56,422 bases of DNA from Promethearchaeota archaeon (GTDB lineage Archaea > Asgardarchaeota > Hermodarchaeia > Hermodarchaeales > Hermodarchaeaceae), in assembly GCA_048939245.1 (NCBI GenBank), contig JBHLPR010000006.1, forward strand, positions 12,504-68,925. Direction: 5' to 3'. A model generated the notes under the pieces. It had not been told where the DNA came from and did no database searches. It saw only the letters and a program-made list of their open reading frames with translations. The translations under genes were made by a program, and so were the position numbers. Shown here one piece after another: positions 30,201-36,134 of this stretch; position 1 is the first letter of the stretch; each line of letters starts with the position of its first letter.

Positions 30201-31782
30201 TCACAAGAGCTGATCCGCTGGAATGATAGAGACTAAGATTGGCTTCACCATAGTTTTCGGTGAATGTGACATCAATGTCTAGCGCATAGGGGGTCCGGGG
30301 AGAAATTACATAGTTGTCCACCAGACCTTCAATTAATGAGTAGCGGTTTGTGCTACTGAAGGTAAATTTCCACCAACCAAAGACTTCGTTTATCGCAGAG
30401 CTATTAAGGGTGATTTGGGTTGAGGAATTTTCAACCCAGGAAAGCCGTTGAGTCCCTAATGGGTCAATCACGGAGGTTAGCGTCCAGGTTGTCGGTTTCG
30501 AAATCGTGAGGTTATACGCTTCAAACCCATAGGGTTGATAGGCATAATACCAAGTCTCAAAACTCGTTGCAGAAGCATTTTCGCACACAAATAAACTGCC
30601 AATCTGGGTGCTTTGAATGGTCTGTTTAGTGAGCCCTTCTTTACGAATGAATAACGTCAAATCACAGGCGAGGTCAATATTATCTGCGGTTGTTGTGAAA
30701 TTGTTAAGGATAGCAATCCAGTTGGTGCTGGGATTCGCTTTGGGCAAATCTCCACCTGTCAAGTTAAGATTTCCTGCTCCATACCCATCATTTACAACGG
30801 CTGTTCCATTAATTTGTAAACCAACTTGAGTAGGTTGGGGTTGAGCCCGAACTTGCAGGACGACATCATCAAAATCTACTGAATATCTACAAGTTGACCA
30901 GGATCCTGAAGTATCTGTCCAAGAAATTCCTAATGTGATGTTTAGATTCCCTGGTAAACCTAATTTTGCGATATCAGATGCTCCGAGGTCAATAGTTAGG
31001 TCATACCAACTACCTGCACTGCCTATTGATGCAAAAGTAAGACGCCGTTCAACTACCTGGTCACCTTCGAGTTGAACTAGGACTACCATTCTTCCCCATG
31101 CTCCCCCATCGATATGGGCATTCAATCTACATTTGAAATCTAATCTAACAAGACTTGGAGCAGCTCGTGGAATATTCACAGTCTGATAATATGCACCAAA
31201 ATAGCTAGAACTCCAAGACCATTCTGGAGGATATTCCCATTCTACAAGGGTGCGAATTCCATCTGAAGGGCCATAGCCATAATTGCCATATGAACCGTTA
31301 ATATTTGCGTAGTTAATCGGATCGCCATTCTCAATATAATTCCAATTTGTTGGTGAACCAGGCTCTCCGTAGGTTCCTGACTCAAAGTCGCCGTTTGATT
31401 GCCATGACCGATTTTCAAACAGATTATAAATGGATGCAGAGGTCTTGTAAGCCGTCCATTGGGTGGGTAGCTGGGCACTCGCGGCCACTGATTCGCCAAT
31501 GTCGAGATCAGTAATTGTCTGCGCTTCATAGGTGCCCTGGGTCATTTCCCATGTCTGGGAAGTGTTTCCTGTTCCCAAGTACTTGTATTTGCCCTCATCA
31601 TAGGTTGGCCCTGATGGTAGAGGCGGTGAATTCACCCCTTGGCCATTCACGTGTCTCAGATTCTGGCTGTTCTCCTTAAATGGGTCATTTAAGCCTACTC
31701 CGTTCCAAGGTGTTGAAACAAGTAATGGAGAAACAAAGACTAAGGAAAAAAGAAAGAGTACAAGCAAAGAATAGTGTTTCAT
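18286..31782 (-). CDS. Giant single-pass surface protein B (4498 aa), paralog of protein A with an expanded stalk
   Basis: Uninterrupted 13.5-kb ORF with the same domain order as A. NGDFESG...DFDDVVL; TM segment IISGIGAAIFLTFVLILWTLW; tail highly similar to that of A. Confidence 0.92.
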   Translation of the reverse strand: MKHYSLLVLFLFSLVFVSPLLVSTPWNGVGLNDPFKENSQNLRHVNGQGVNSPPLPSGPTYDEGKYKYLGTGNTSQTWEMTQGTYEAQTITDLDIGESVAASAQLPTQWTAYKTSASIYNLFENRSWQSNGDFESGTYGEPGSPTNWNYIENGDPINYANINGSYGNYGYGPSDGIRTLVEWEYPPEWSWSSSYFGAYYQTVNIPRAAPSLVRLDFKCRLNAHIDGGAWGRMVVLVQLEGDQVVERRLTFASIGSAGSWYDLTIDLGASDIAKLGLPGNLNITLGISWTDTSGSWSTCRYSVDFDDVVLQVRAQPQPTQVGLQINGTAVVNDGYGAGNLNLTGGDLPKANPSTNWIAILNNFTTTADNIDLACDLTLFIRKEGLTKQTIQSTQIGSLFVCENASATSFETWYYAYQPYGFEAYNLTISKPTTWTLTSVIDPLGTQRLSWVENSSTQITLNSSAINEVFGWWKFTFSSTNRYSLIEGLVDNYVISPRTPYALDIDVTFTENYGEANLSLYHSSGSALVNQTNSWTGSLTTSFYVEFTSGANFPAGRYSLCISYDNGVNADIIFTGFYSTYFNLTHDTDLTPEDTPMTVTHSTSGYYYPRVSFTDADRSNLFIGNTTGNVRVNGTVDGNAIIFVQVGSRYQAQIANDLLDPGDYVLSIEATAPFYEKATCNINLQVRSDASLSSPQSPGLTVPYDESFTIQVFYNYTGGQGIAGATVTTNWGPTGTSNGTAGWYNITLNAGSRPTPGTYSLSIQASLNYYTTRTLVLTIVVREISTSINYDPPGAVPYDEDVEILFTLNVSDLESQYDGDAIASASFVVRLDGTILTQDVDYLFTNYGDGSYNVTILAISGKISLIKSYSLRITADPTDTKYGSTSGTLTFTIRELQTILSYDPPAPEPWGNDLEIIFYYDVDDPASGYHGDGITTIGVSEVSCTLNSSAVSSFGWTHLGSGQYRLTLYTIDITQVDVYELYLVVNDATDIYAGANRRLFFHIRAHQTQAIVDPPAQTALGENTLISIVWTDLETATDVPGNLSSVVVSNCPVGGDQTFGSLSFWLQTNGWSVGTYVLTVTVNPANPPGWYEGDSTTVNVVIRIHYTGVTVQPPDPTPWGFYTTIIVLWTDLDIGGSVPGSELSQIVVSDCPVGGDQTFTTLIFNLDTSGWDISAGYLLNVTVYAKTGPQSYSDASGSVIVVIRIHRVEVVVPTPPPTPWGFDIEDMTVTWKDLDTGTTIAGVNLDNITISDCPVGGDQVFSSLIFTLITNTWSQGSYTLNVTVYPNMIPQQEYAITSYQVTITIRAHYVSVTVDPPAQTPWGYDTDLTITWRDVDTDSIIAEINLDNVTVTNCPVGGDQTFATLSFSLTTNGWSVGSHLLTVYVYGNADYRAGSGPVTVTIRGHQTQTVVTPPQQTPFGLDTAVIVSWLDLDQGSNPVPGANLLQIVVSNCPVGGDQTFTSFTFTLDTDAWNVGTYTLTVTTFSSSSSYLGSSSNTTVVIRIHYTGVTVQPPDPTPWGFNTQITVLWSDLDLGSAVPGGDLYEVVVSDCPDFIDQTFTSLTFTLDTTGWTISTGYTLNVTVYATTGPRAYSDAWGSVTVVIRIHRVEVVVPTPPPTPWGFDIEDMTVTWKDLDTGTTIAGVNLDNITISDCPVGGDQTFTSLTFTLITSTWSQGSYTLNVTVFPEMSPQLYRITNYLVTVTIRAHYVSVTVDPPAQTPWGYDTDLAITWRDVDTDSIIAEVNLDNVTVTNCPVGGDQSFSSLSFTLTTNGWSVGSHLLTVWVYGTTDYVLNSGQVTVTIRGHQTQTVVTPPQQTPFGFDAPMAVTWLDLDQGSANVPGGNLLQIVVSNCPVGGNQIFTSLTFTLDTDTWNIGEYVITVTTFSSSSQYLGSSSNTTVIIRIHYTGVIVQPPNPRPWGFNTQITVIWTDLDSSIDVPGAQLYQVVVSDCPDFIDQTFTSLTFTLDTAGWDISSGYTLNVTVYATTGPRTYSDAWGSVTVVIRIHRVEVVVPTPAPTAWGSNIIDMSVTWKDLDTGTTIDGANLDTIVVSDCPVGGDQTFTSLTFTLITNTWSIGQYTLNITVYPITTPFTEYETANYQLTITIRAHYVSVTVSPPTPTPWGKNTQLTVIWRDVDTDTLIDLSALDNVTVTGTEPNLPYSVSQLAFTLSTSGWTVGGHNLVVWVYGNASYNPGNGPVIVTISPHQTQTIVSPPGQTPFGFDTPIVLSWVDLDLGSTNVPTGNLSQVVVTNCPFGGDQTFFALSFTIDTNGWVVGNHILTVTIQPDLGQGWYYQSSSNLTVSIRIHYTAVVVETPAPTPWGFDTNLVILWTDLDTGAAVPLNNLSQVIISNCPIGGDQSFLTLTPTLITSTWPISMGETLTVTIYATNTRYYSDAVGSVTVGIRVHRVEIVVPTPPPTPWGANTPMTITWKDLDTGMTIDSSNLKNVTITGGPTGDQDFSGLSFTLDTLTWNVGSYTVTVTVNPLVIPEQEYEIGTYQVTITIRAHYVSVTVDPPAAEPWGDDTQLVVYWRDVDIDALIAEINLNNVTVAGSGPGLPYMDTALIFTLPTNTWSVGSYALTVWVFGNTNYYNSSGPVTVTIRSHAMRLDITPPSATAWGLSTHLIVKWWDLDDGVYVSSNLDNITITDCPDAIDQTFYTFTFDLDTTDDTVWQSPNTYYVTVNFYSSSALYQHASAQIPITIRIHYTNVIVQPPSPTPWGTVTPIVVEWRDLDLGNSPIDPSNLYRTYVYNRTSGSQLEWFTQLAFNLDTTLMPPWNFGTHPINVTVYAESVGRKYGDAWATTQITIRRHRVNVVINPPSTIPEGGDVNITVFWEDVDTGGDIPESYLDYVTTTGSLGYPSPTAVNYSLSFLLSAQGWPTLLHTLNVTVYPLDTERYDIQWGLVTIQIRRHNIRIDIDPIPQIPWNNNTRFTMRVNDSDLNSPLDGSIERITILAGGSRWIYDWTNWTLFVTNITTGVYSVLLPAASWSLGSHAIIITSKTTAEYNDGTIQTSATIRALATSFLFTPATPIPWGNDGTLLVHYHVQDEGSTHDTEAITGATITISGWTEGIQFNSAPSGTPGTYIITINAAFIDQVQIYYLDIQIAAGANYYGAALDNVPLDVRQLFTTLAYSQVPSQPFGDDVNITVNYIVFDVQSIYHEGPILGATITVKGLDFTLGSSYQIHSIGGGAYIIEIDQSVLPTIRAYHIAINASLPPQYRLANIPSMGFNVRTVYTEVEKPPVEAAAYNTNFTMTVIYRVRDDLSSQNGLGIAGATDITVAAIGPWTLNPGEYSVFDAGNGIYYIYINSSFTPGPGIWQVNITIDWLDPIPTYKPQWVLASLTTTERATQARITLPPDTGYANNITIHVNYFDILSGLKIDNTTWGSDVRIYVINASDGTLLDTQYWVAADYSNPNYVFTIRILASDMGKVDVYYDFNINVTWVGNAPFYANASATFTVRVAGTPTVGFADAVQGVPFGESLNLTLHYETAEGQPINNNTGNVGISVLPVEDDIPGWDDTFWWIDQVTLDDKGAGGIYRILINGSKLPGFGSYVFAINFTWPPELEPGNEDFFESTTLFVAGQVQEIITFLEWEQNEDLYYGELLNITVWYVDTYNDENVTGVIWDLNPNLEYTNSTGKLGSMILLINTSSAPAGQFTFTLTANRPNYIEASRAISVQVKSHPLNLNRIQPVGLVWECNYLDDIEIIVYLESALPGGEPIRWANITFNWEGSLGLLNQIGDGHYNTTLHSIDAGAGTWQLILRVEWGLNYTQPILVYTLTINQVATEMNVPPGSYAEITKTVESNIQLNISFTSSGVPIPGADVYAIEGGTRIANFSWVDPYYIVSLETADWEVRPYQILVTAISANYEQGNQLIIINLIHKPLVIITFDSDFVNTTTNTIETDYGDIVTFDIFLQDSLNGSGILGATMNCTWGLHEYTLTYNATHGRGWYTVNFTADDRPGSYAFKIIHEIQQKYARIEHLLTFKLNSRNTTLQFIDGWTWRIIDGEFKNVSLNPDDALWEIPRYDTLFLVFQFLDKNDMVLTPSDFVIARFSAASVYDLNYSSGLWFVEVNLDAYYQSALTVNFYDIESYFVSRSFTLQLNVIQTPTTLRWADPNQLPLNDIYYVGEPIILSVVYWDQYHQCAISGADFQLDGVIENSVVRYLGPDENNPGYYEIEVSGSWPAQGIITFTVTKTDYDDAELAQFFSLQFTELTNMLIISGIGAAIFLTFVLILWTLWARVLSIPWEVRRLRKFAKSIEKDQTYSLGRKDRKRFHVRDAVLESKVDSAMSTIGVTMTPAMVPVVTITEEVTATQEDIISELDKIPGLGPEEKAVLAAEMRKIPMKDQVWFLDDLKRQMGEKRMDFLTKREPAAAPPKEAPPPKLPPPEKVPPPKKLTPRKEVPPKKAPKPPKPDLPPLEDVEPVEPPDSKVFTEDRTAPTVLPPDLQPIPSERPEVVEEIRRELDKIPGLTKEDKVSLVDHLKHLTKEEREATYRSLRQTTEE
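24000..28780 (-). repeat. Intragenic tandem super-repeat: 4 copies of ~1195 bp, each made of 4 Ig-like domains
   Basis: Domain-start motifs cycle in the order HQTQ, HYTG, HRVE, HYVS. 26815-26970 is identical to 28012-28167 (156 bp, offset 1197). 25904-25956 is identical to 27098-27150 (53 bp, offset 1194). Confidence 0.92.
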
Positions 31783-32230
31783 GCAATCTACCCCGGGGTG
31801 AAGGGCGGCAGAGGAATGCGTCTACTTGAGGTTCATAATGCCAGGTTTTCACCACTGGTAATGATGGTTGTGGTGGTCCATCCCGACCTGTCGCCAAACC
31901 GTAACTTTATCGGCGAAAGAACGGCTTAAATAGATTTACCTGCACAATTTTTTAAGCAAAAGTGGAAAAATATGGGAAAGATTCGACGGTGGTCTTAGAT
32001 GACATTATGTCCTGCTCTGGGGGATTATTATCGGTGTGTTTTTATTAAAAGGCAAATAAAAAATATTAGGTATCGACCTATTTTATTAATTCTGAATAAT
32101 AGTAAAATGTATTTAAATAGACTTTTCAGAAGACACGATAACTTCTTCTATGTTTCATAATAAGAGAAGAACTTTTGAGTAAGAAGTTTCCCTTTGGTAA
32201 CTCTGCTTGCAGTTATGAGGCGTTATCCCC

Positions 32231-32911
32231 GTGAAACTCAAAGTATCCTGTCCCATTTGTGGCACGGAAGGTGAACTGGAAGTGCCAGAAAGTGCCTGGG
32301 ATAAAATTCAAGGCACAACAATGGTGGGTCGTGTTGTTGCAGGAAAAATCTGTTCGCATGCATTTAGAGTGGAGTTTTCTCGGGCAGGTTTAGTAGTCGG
32401 TTATCATGAGGAGGGGAAACTCGAGGAACCAGAATTTCGTCCCGTGACTTTCACAGTACAAACAGCTATGCGGAATCTAGGGATTGATATCCTTGCCTCC
32501 TTGCTGACTGCGGGGATAAGTGGATACACTATTGTGCTGAAAGGATCGTTACCGGTGACAGTGGGCATTCGGGATTTTATGGATCGGGTACTACCAGAAA
32601 GTGTAGATGTTGGCGCTTGCGTGTATATGGTGACGAAGGAAGAATATGCAGAGCTTAACGATTCAACCAAGCAGCATATGACTGTGGATATTGCGTCGAA
32701 GACGATAACGAATTCTGCTTTCGATGAGGATCAGCTCGCTTGGATGACGAAGGTATTGACCCGGGCGAATATGGTGACAAACAAGGAAGCCGCTGAGACT
32801 CTGATTCTGAAGGAGACGTCTAAGCTGCGGACAACAGTTAGTCTGTTACGACATCTAGCATCCCGCCGTGGGGCTAGCTCTGAGGGGAAGAAGCTTCAGG
32901 AGTCAGAATAA
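32231..32911 (+). CDS. Hypothetical protein with N-terminal Zn-binding motif (CPxC...CxH) and a possible DENN-like C-terminal part
   Basis: SCPICG...ICSHAF, then NLGIDILASLLTAGISGYTIVL, reminiscent of the cDENN core. Confidence 0.7.
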   Translation: MKLKVSCPICGTEGELEVPESAWDKIQGTTMVGRVVAGKICSHAFRVEFSRAGLVVGYHEEGKLEEPEFRPVTFTVQTAMRNLGIDILASLLTAGISGYTIVLKGSLPVTVGIRDFMDRVLPESVDVGACVYMVTKEEYAELNDSTKQHMTVDIASKTITNSAFDEDQLAWMTKVLTRANMVTNKEAAETLILKETSKLRTTVSLLRHLASRRGASSEGKKLQESE

Positions 32912-32995
32912 CTAGTTTTCCTTTTTCTTAAAGCGAAGGCTCAAAAGTCTGTTACTCAATACACTTGAGTAATGCTATCTTAGGGTGAATATTAC

Positions 32996-33895
32996 ATGAG
33001 GTTGGGTATCCATGTTCCGCTGGAATTTTTCACTGCCACGCAAGCAGTTCAAACCGCTCAAGACGTTGAAGCAGCGGGATTAAATCATGTTCTAGTGAAT
33101 GATCATCTTCGACTCCCTAGAGGTTCTCACATTATTGAAGCATGGACTGTGCTAGCCGCAATCGCCTCGGTGACAACACGTATCCGATTAGGACCGAGTG
33201 TCACACCATTGCCCCTTCGACATCCCTATCTGTTAGCGAAAATGGCGGCGACAATCGATCAACTCTCCATGGGCCGACTCATGATGGGGGTGGGGGCTGG
33301 GTGGCACCCTGAGGAATTTACATGGATGGAAACAGCTTTTCTTCCTCATTCTAAACGCCTTGCACAGACAAAAGAGGCAATCCAGTTAATCCAGAATTAT
33401 TGGACAGAGTCCTCGACCACATTTCATGGCAGCTATTATTCAGCTGACAACGTCAAATTGGAACCCAAACCGGTCCAAAATCCATATCCACCTTTTTTCT
33501 TGGGTGGTGGTTCAAAAGAAATCCTTGAACTAACTGCTACATACGGTCAGGGTTGGATGCCTTTTGCTCCCTCAATCTCGGGTCTAACCCGTCGAGTCAA
33601 AGAATTGGACACGCTTCTCTCTTCGAAAAATCGGATGCTCAAGGAACTCGAAATTATTCCTAGTATATTACTCCAATTTGGAGAATCGTCAAAGAAAGCC
33701 CATCAACGCCTAATAAAGTGGGTGACTCCTTCGAGTGAGAATCGAGCGATTTTAGGTACTCCGGACGATTGTCTGCAACAAATTGTAGAATATCATAAGG
33801 CGGGCGCTACTCATCTTACGTTACGTTTGGTAAATCCAGATGAGTCACGGAAAACCATTCAAATTATTGCTCAAGAAATACTTCCTAACCTGTAA
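32996..33895 (+). CDS. Luciferase-like (LLM) flavin/F420-dependent oxidoreductase
   Basis: NDH, EAWTVLAAIA, RHPYLLAKMAATIDQLSMGR, GVGAGW and PKPVQ motifs. Confidence 0.92.
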   Translation: MRLGIHVPLEFFTATQAVQTAQDVEAAGLNHVLVNDHLRLPRGSHIIEAWTVLAAIASVTTRIRLGPSVTPLPLRHPYLLAKMAATIDQLSMGRLMMGVGAGWHPEEFTWMETAFLPHSKRLAQTKEAIQLIQNYWTESSTTFHGSYYSADNVKLEPKPVQNPYPPFFLGGGSKEILELTATYGQGWMPFAPSISGLTRRVKELDTLLSSKNRMLKELEIIPSILLQFGESSKKAHQRLIKWVTPSSENRAILGTPDDCLQQIVEYHKAGATHLTLRLVNPDESRKTIQIIAQEILPNL

Positions 33896-33910
33896 TGAGT
33901 CCCAGTTCAG

Positions 33911-36001
33911 TCATGAATTGCCGTTGGTGCTGCGGTACATATCGATGCAGGCGAGCTTGATTTGTGTGTGTGTGCGTTCTGAGATGAGTTTGGATTGCCA
34001 TAAGGCATGTAGGCCTGAATAGAGTAAGCTCTCGATGTGGGGGTCGGAGAGGAGATTATGGTGGGGTGAGAAGCGTGTGACTTCTTTGGCAAATTTTTCA
34101 TCATTAGTTAATGCAGCTTCCAGGGCTTCTTTTAAGTATTGAACCAGGACTGGGGAGAGTACGCCAACAGGGGCTGTTTGTTGTCCAATCGAGACCTCGC
34201 GGCTATCTTTTGTCGCAGGAACAATGAGGGGGGGTATTACAACAAGTTTCGTCGAATCATCCTCACGTCTTAATCCCGCTAAATAAATGGGGAGATAGAT
34301 GGGGGTTTCTAGATTTCCGGAGAAGGGGGTTCCGGTCTCTGTTAGGTATTCTTCAAAATTGGTGAGTTGTTCTTGGCTATGTATGATATGCTGCTCAATA
34401 AGGGTGTCGACTTCGGTGGCATAGCCATCTAGTTTGTCAAAACGCACTTTGGTTTCTTGGAGTCGGAGCTGGCGCTCCTCTTCGAGGGTGTCTAGTCGTT
34501 TAATCTCGTTTTTCTCTAGGGTTTCGAAGTTTTCACGGACTTTGGCTTTTCGTTCTTGGGCATCACGATCTATACTAACGATGCCCCGTTTCGTTTGTTC
34601 GATTTGTCTTCGGGTCTCCTTTGTGTGATTCCGTAAGTCTGATGCAAAATTGTTAAACTGATCTAGGGTCTGATCCAGTTGACTGATGAAGTGATTTGCG
34701 TTCAAATCTTCCCTAGGGCTACCTGCAAGGAATTGGTTAAGTGTGGCTTGCTGATGACTGATTTCTTGATTAATTGGTTCAAGGTGGTTTTTCAATGGCG
34801 CTAAAAGTTTCTTCTCCTCATTGTGAGCCCATTGCTCTACTGCAGCTATTTCTTTTTCTTCGCGCTTGGCTAATTCGACAAGGGTGTTATCAATCTCGCT
34901 CTTAAGTGTGATTTTTCGGGTTTTGTAATGTTCTTCGAGGGTTGTAAGTTCTGTTTGAATTCGTTCTTCCCATTCTTGGACATTGTTGTTAAAAAAGGAG
35001 CGGAATTTGTCCCATTGCTCTGCAGCGTCTTTGTGTGTATTTATCGCTTCAGCAAAGAATTGTTCGGCTTCTTTCACCGCTTGTTTGTGGGTCATACGAT
35101 TGGGTAATGGGACACCGAATTCATCGTTACCGTTAGTAATTCGGGAGAGTGATCGTATCAGGTGGGCAAGTTCAGAAGGAAGCACATGAATCTCGAAGGG
35201 AGTGGAGCGAGCTGCAGTGCGAACCTCTTCTGTTAATTTGTCCATCACAGCAAGATATTCAGGAGAAGCATTCACATTGAGTAGGGCTTCATATCGACTT
35301 GCAGGGGGTACAAACCCACGTTCAGCATGGGGCTGCAACAAATTCAGTCCATCAATTAGTAGTAGCCTCTTATCGGGAGTCTTTACAACCCAAATAGGCC
35401 AAAGGAGTTTGGCAAGGAACTCGTAGCATCCTTCTTTGAGGGCTTTTAATCCAGAATCAACGCGTCGAATATCATCCAACAGGAGATGTACAACAGCGAG
35501 TTCTAACCGGGAATCTAGAATGTATTCTCCATTGATATCTGGATCGTCTAAGCTTTTTCCTTTTAGTTTCTTACCGTCGAGGACGAAGGGGAGTGTGAAA
35601 AGATTATCATCACTGTCACCGTTCCGTTTTGTGGTGACGATAAGTTCAATATCTTTGGTGAATTTTTGGAAAGGTGTGGATTCACCGTTCCATTCTTTCA
35701 GGCGGTCTGTGTATTTTTCGATGAATTGGCGTTTAACCTCGGTTAAAATGATTTTGACGTCTTTCGCGTTATGAGATTTATCCGCGGCAATAGCGAATAG
35801 TAATTCTTTGCTGTGCTCATAGTAAAAACTGACTTCGCCCATTTTGATGGTTTCAATACCGCCATGTCCAAGTTCCTCTGCAAAAGCACTGAGGGCGCTG
35901 TAGAATCCACTAAAGATGGCTTCATCAACACCACGTTTGCTGAAGGCCTTATGCACGAGAACCTCGCCTGTTCGCCTGAGGACGTAGACATCACGAATCA
36001 T
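33911..36001 (-). CDS. Longin-like N-terminal domain plus long coiled-coil protein
   Basis: MIRDVYVL..TGE.L...DEAIFSGFYSAL..F...FIEKY fits a longin/sigma-adaptin-type fold. About 240 aa of heptad-rich sequence follow. Confidence 0.8.
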   Translation of the reverse strand: MIRDVYVLRRTGEVLVHKAFSKRGVDEAIFSGFYSALSAFAEELGHGGIETIKMGEVSFYYEHSKELLFAIAADKSHNAKDVKIILTEVKRQFIEKYTDRLKEWNGESTPFQKFTKDIELIVTTKRNGDSDDNLFTLPFVLDGKKLKGKSLDDPDINGEYILDSRLELAVVHLLLDDIRRVDSGLKALKEGCYEFLAKLLWPIWVVKTPDKRLLLIDGLNLLQPHAERGFVPPASRYEALLNVNASPEYLAVMDKLTEEVRTAARSTPFEIHVLPSELAHLIRSLSRITNGNDEFGVPLPNRMTHKQAVKEAEQFFAEAINTHKDAAEQWDKFRSFFNNNVQEWEERIQTELTTLEEHYKTRKITLKSEIDNTLVELAKREEKEIAAVEQWAHNEEKKLLAPLKNHLEPINQEISHQQATLNQFLAGSPREDLNANHFISQLDQTLDQFNNFASDLRNHTKETRRQIEQTKRGIVSIDRDAQERKAKVRENFETLEKNEIKRLDTLEEERQLRLQETKVRFDKLDGYATEVDTLIEQHIIHSQEQLTNFEEYLTETGTPFSGNLETPIYLPIYLAGLRREDDSTKLVVIPPLIVPATKDSREVSIGQQTAPVGVLSPVLVQYLKEALEAALTNDEKFAKEVTRFSPHHNLLSDPHIESLLYSGLHALWQSKLISERTHTQIKLACIDMYRSTNGNS

Positions 36002-36134
36002 GTCAGTGATTGTGTGATGTGCTCTGAAGGTTATTAAGCCTGACGGATGGTATTCGTGGCATACATTCTATATTTCTAATATCCTGTTGCTGAAACGCTT
36101 TAAGGTGTAAACTGGGCAGGTAGTATGAACTGGG

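Larger units (their letters stand above)
18132..31810. repeat. 15-bp inverted repeat pair (18132-18146 and 31796-31810) bracketing gene B
   Basis: tgccacccttcaccc versus gggtgaagggcggca: a 14/15 reverse-complement match, one copy in the upstream region of each giant gene. Confidence 0.55.

Noticed and set aside
32140-32188. Short inverted repeat aacttctt...aagaagtt upstream of the 32231 gene
   Set aside because: Only 8 bp in AT-rich DNA; compatible with chance.
33962-33975. (TG)n run
   Set aside because: Short and within coding sequence (ERTHTQ); no evidence of a slippage switch.
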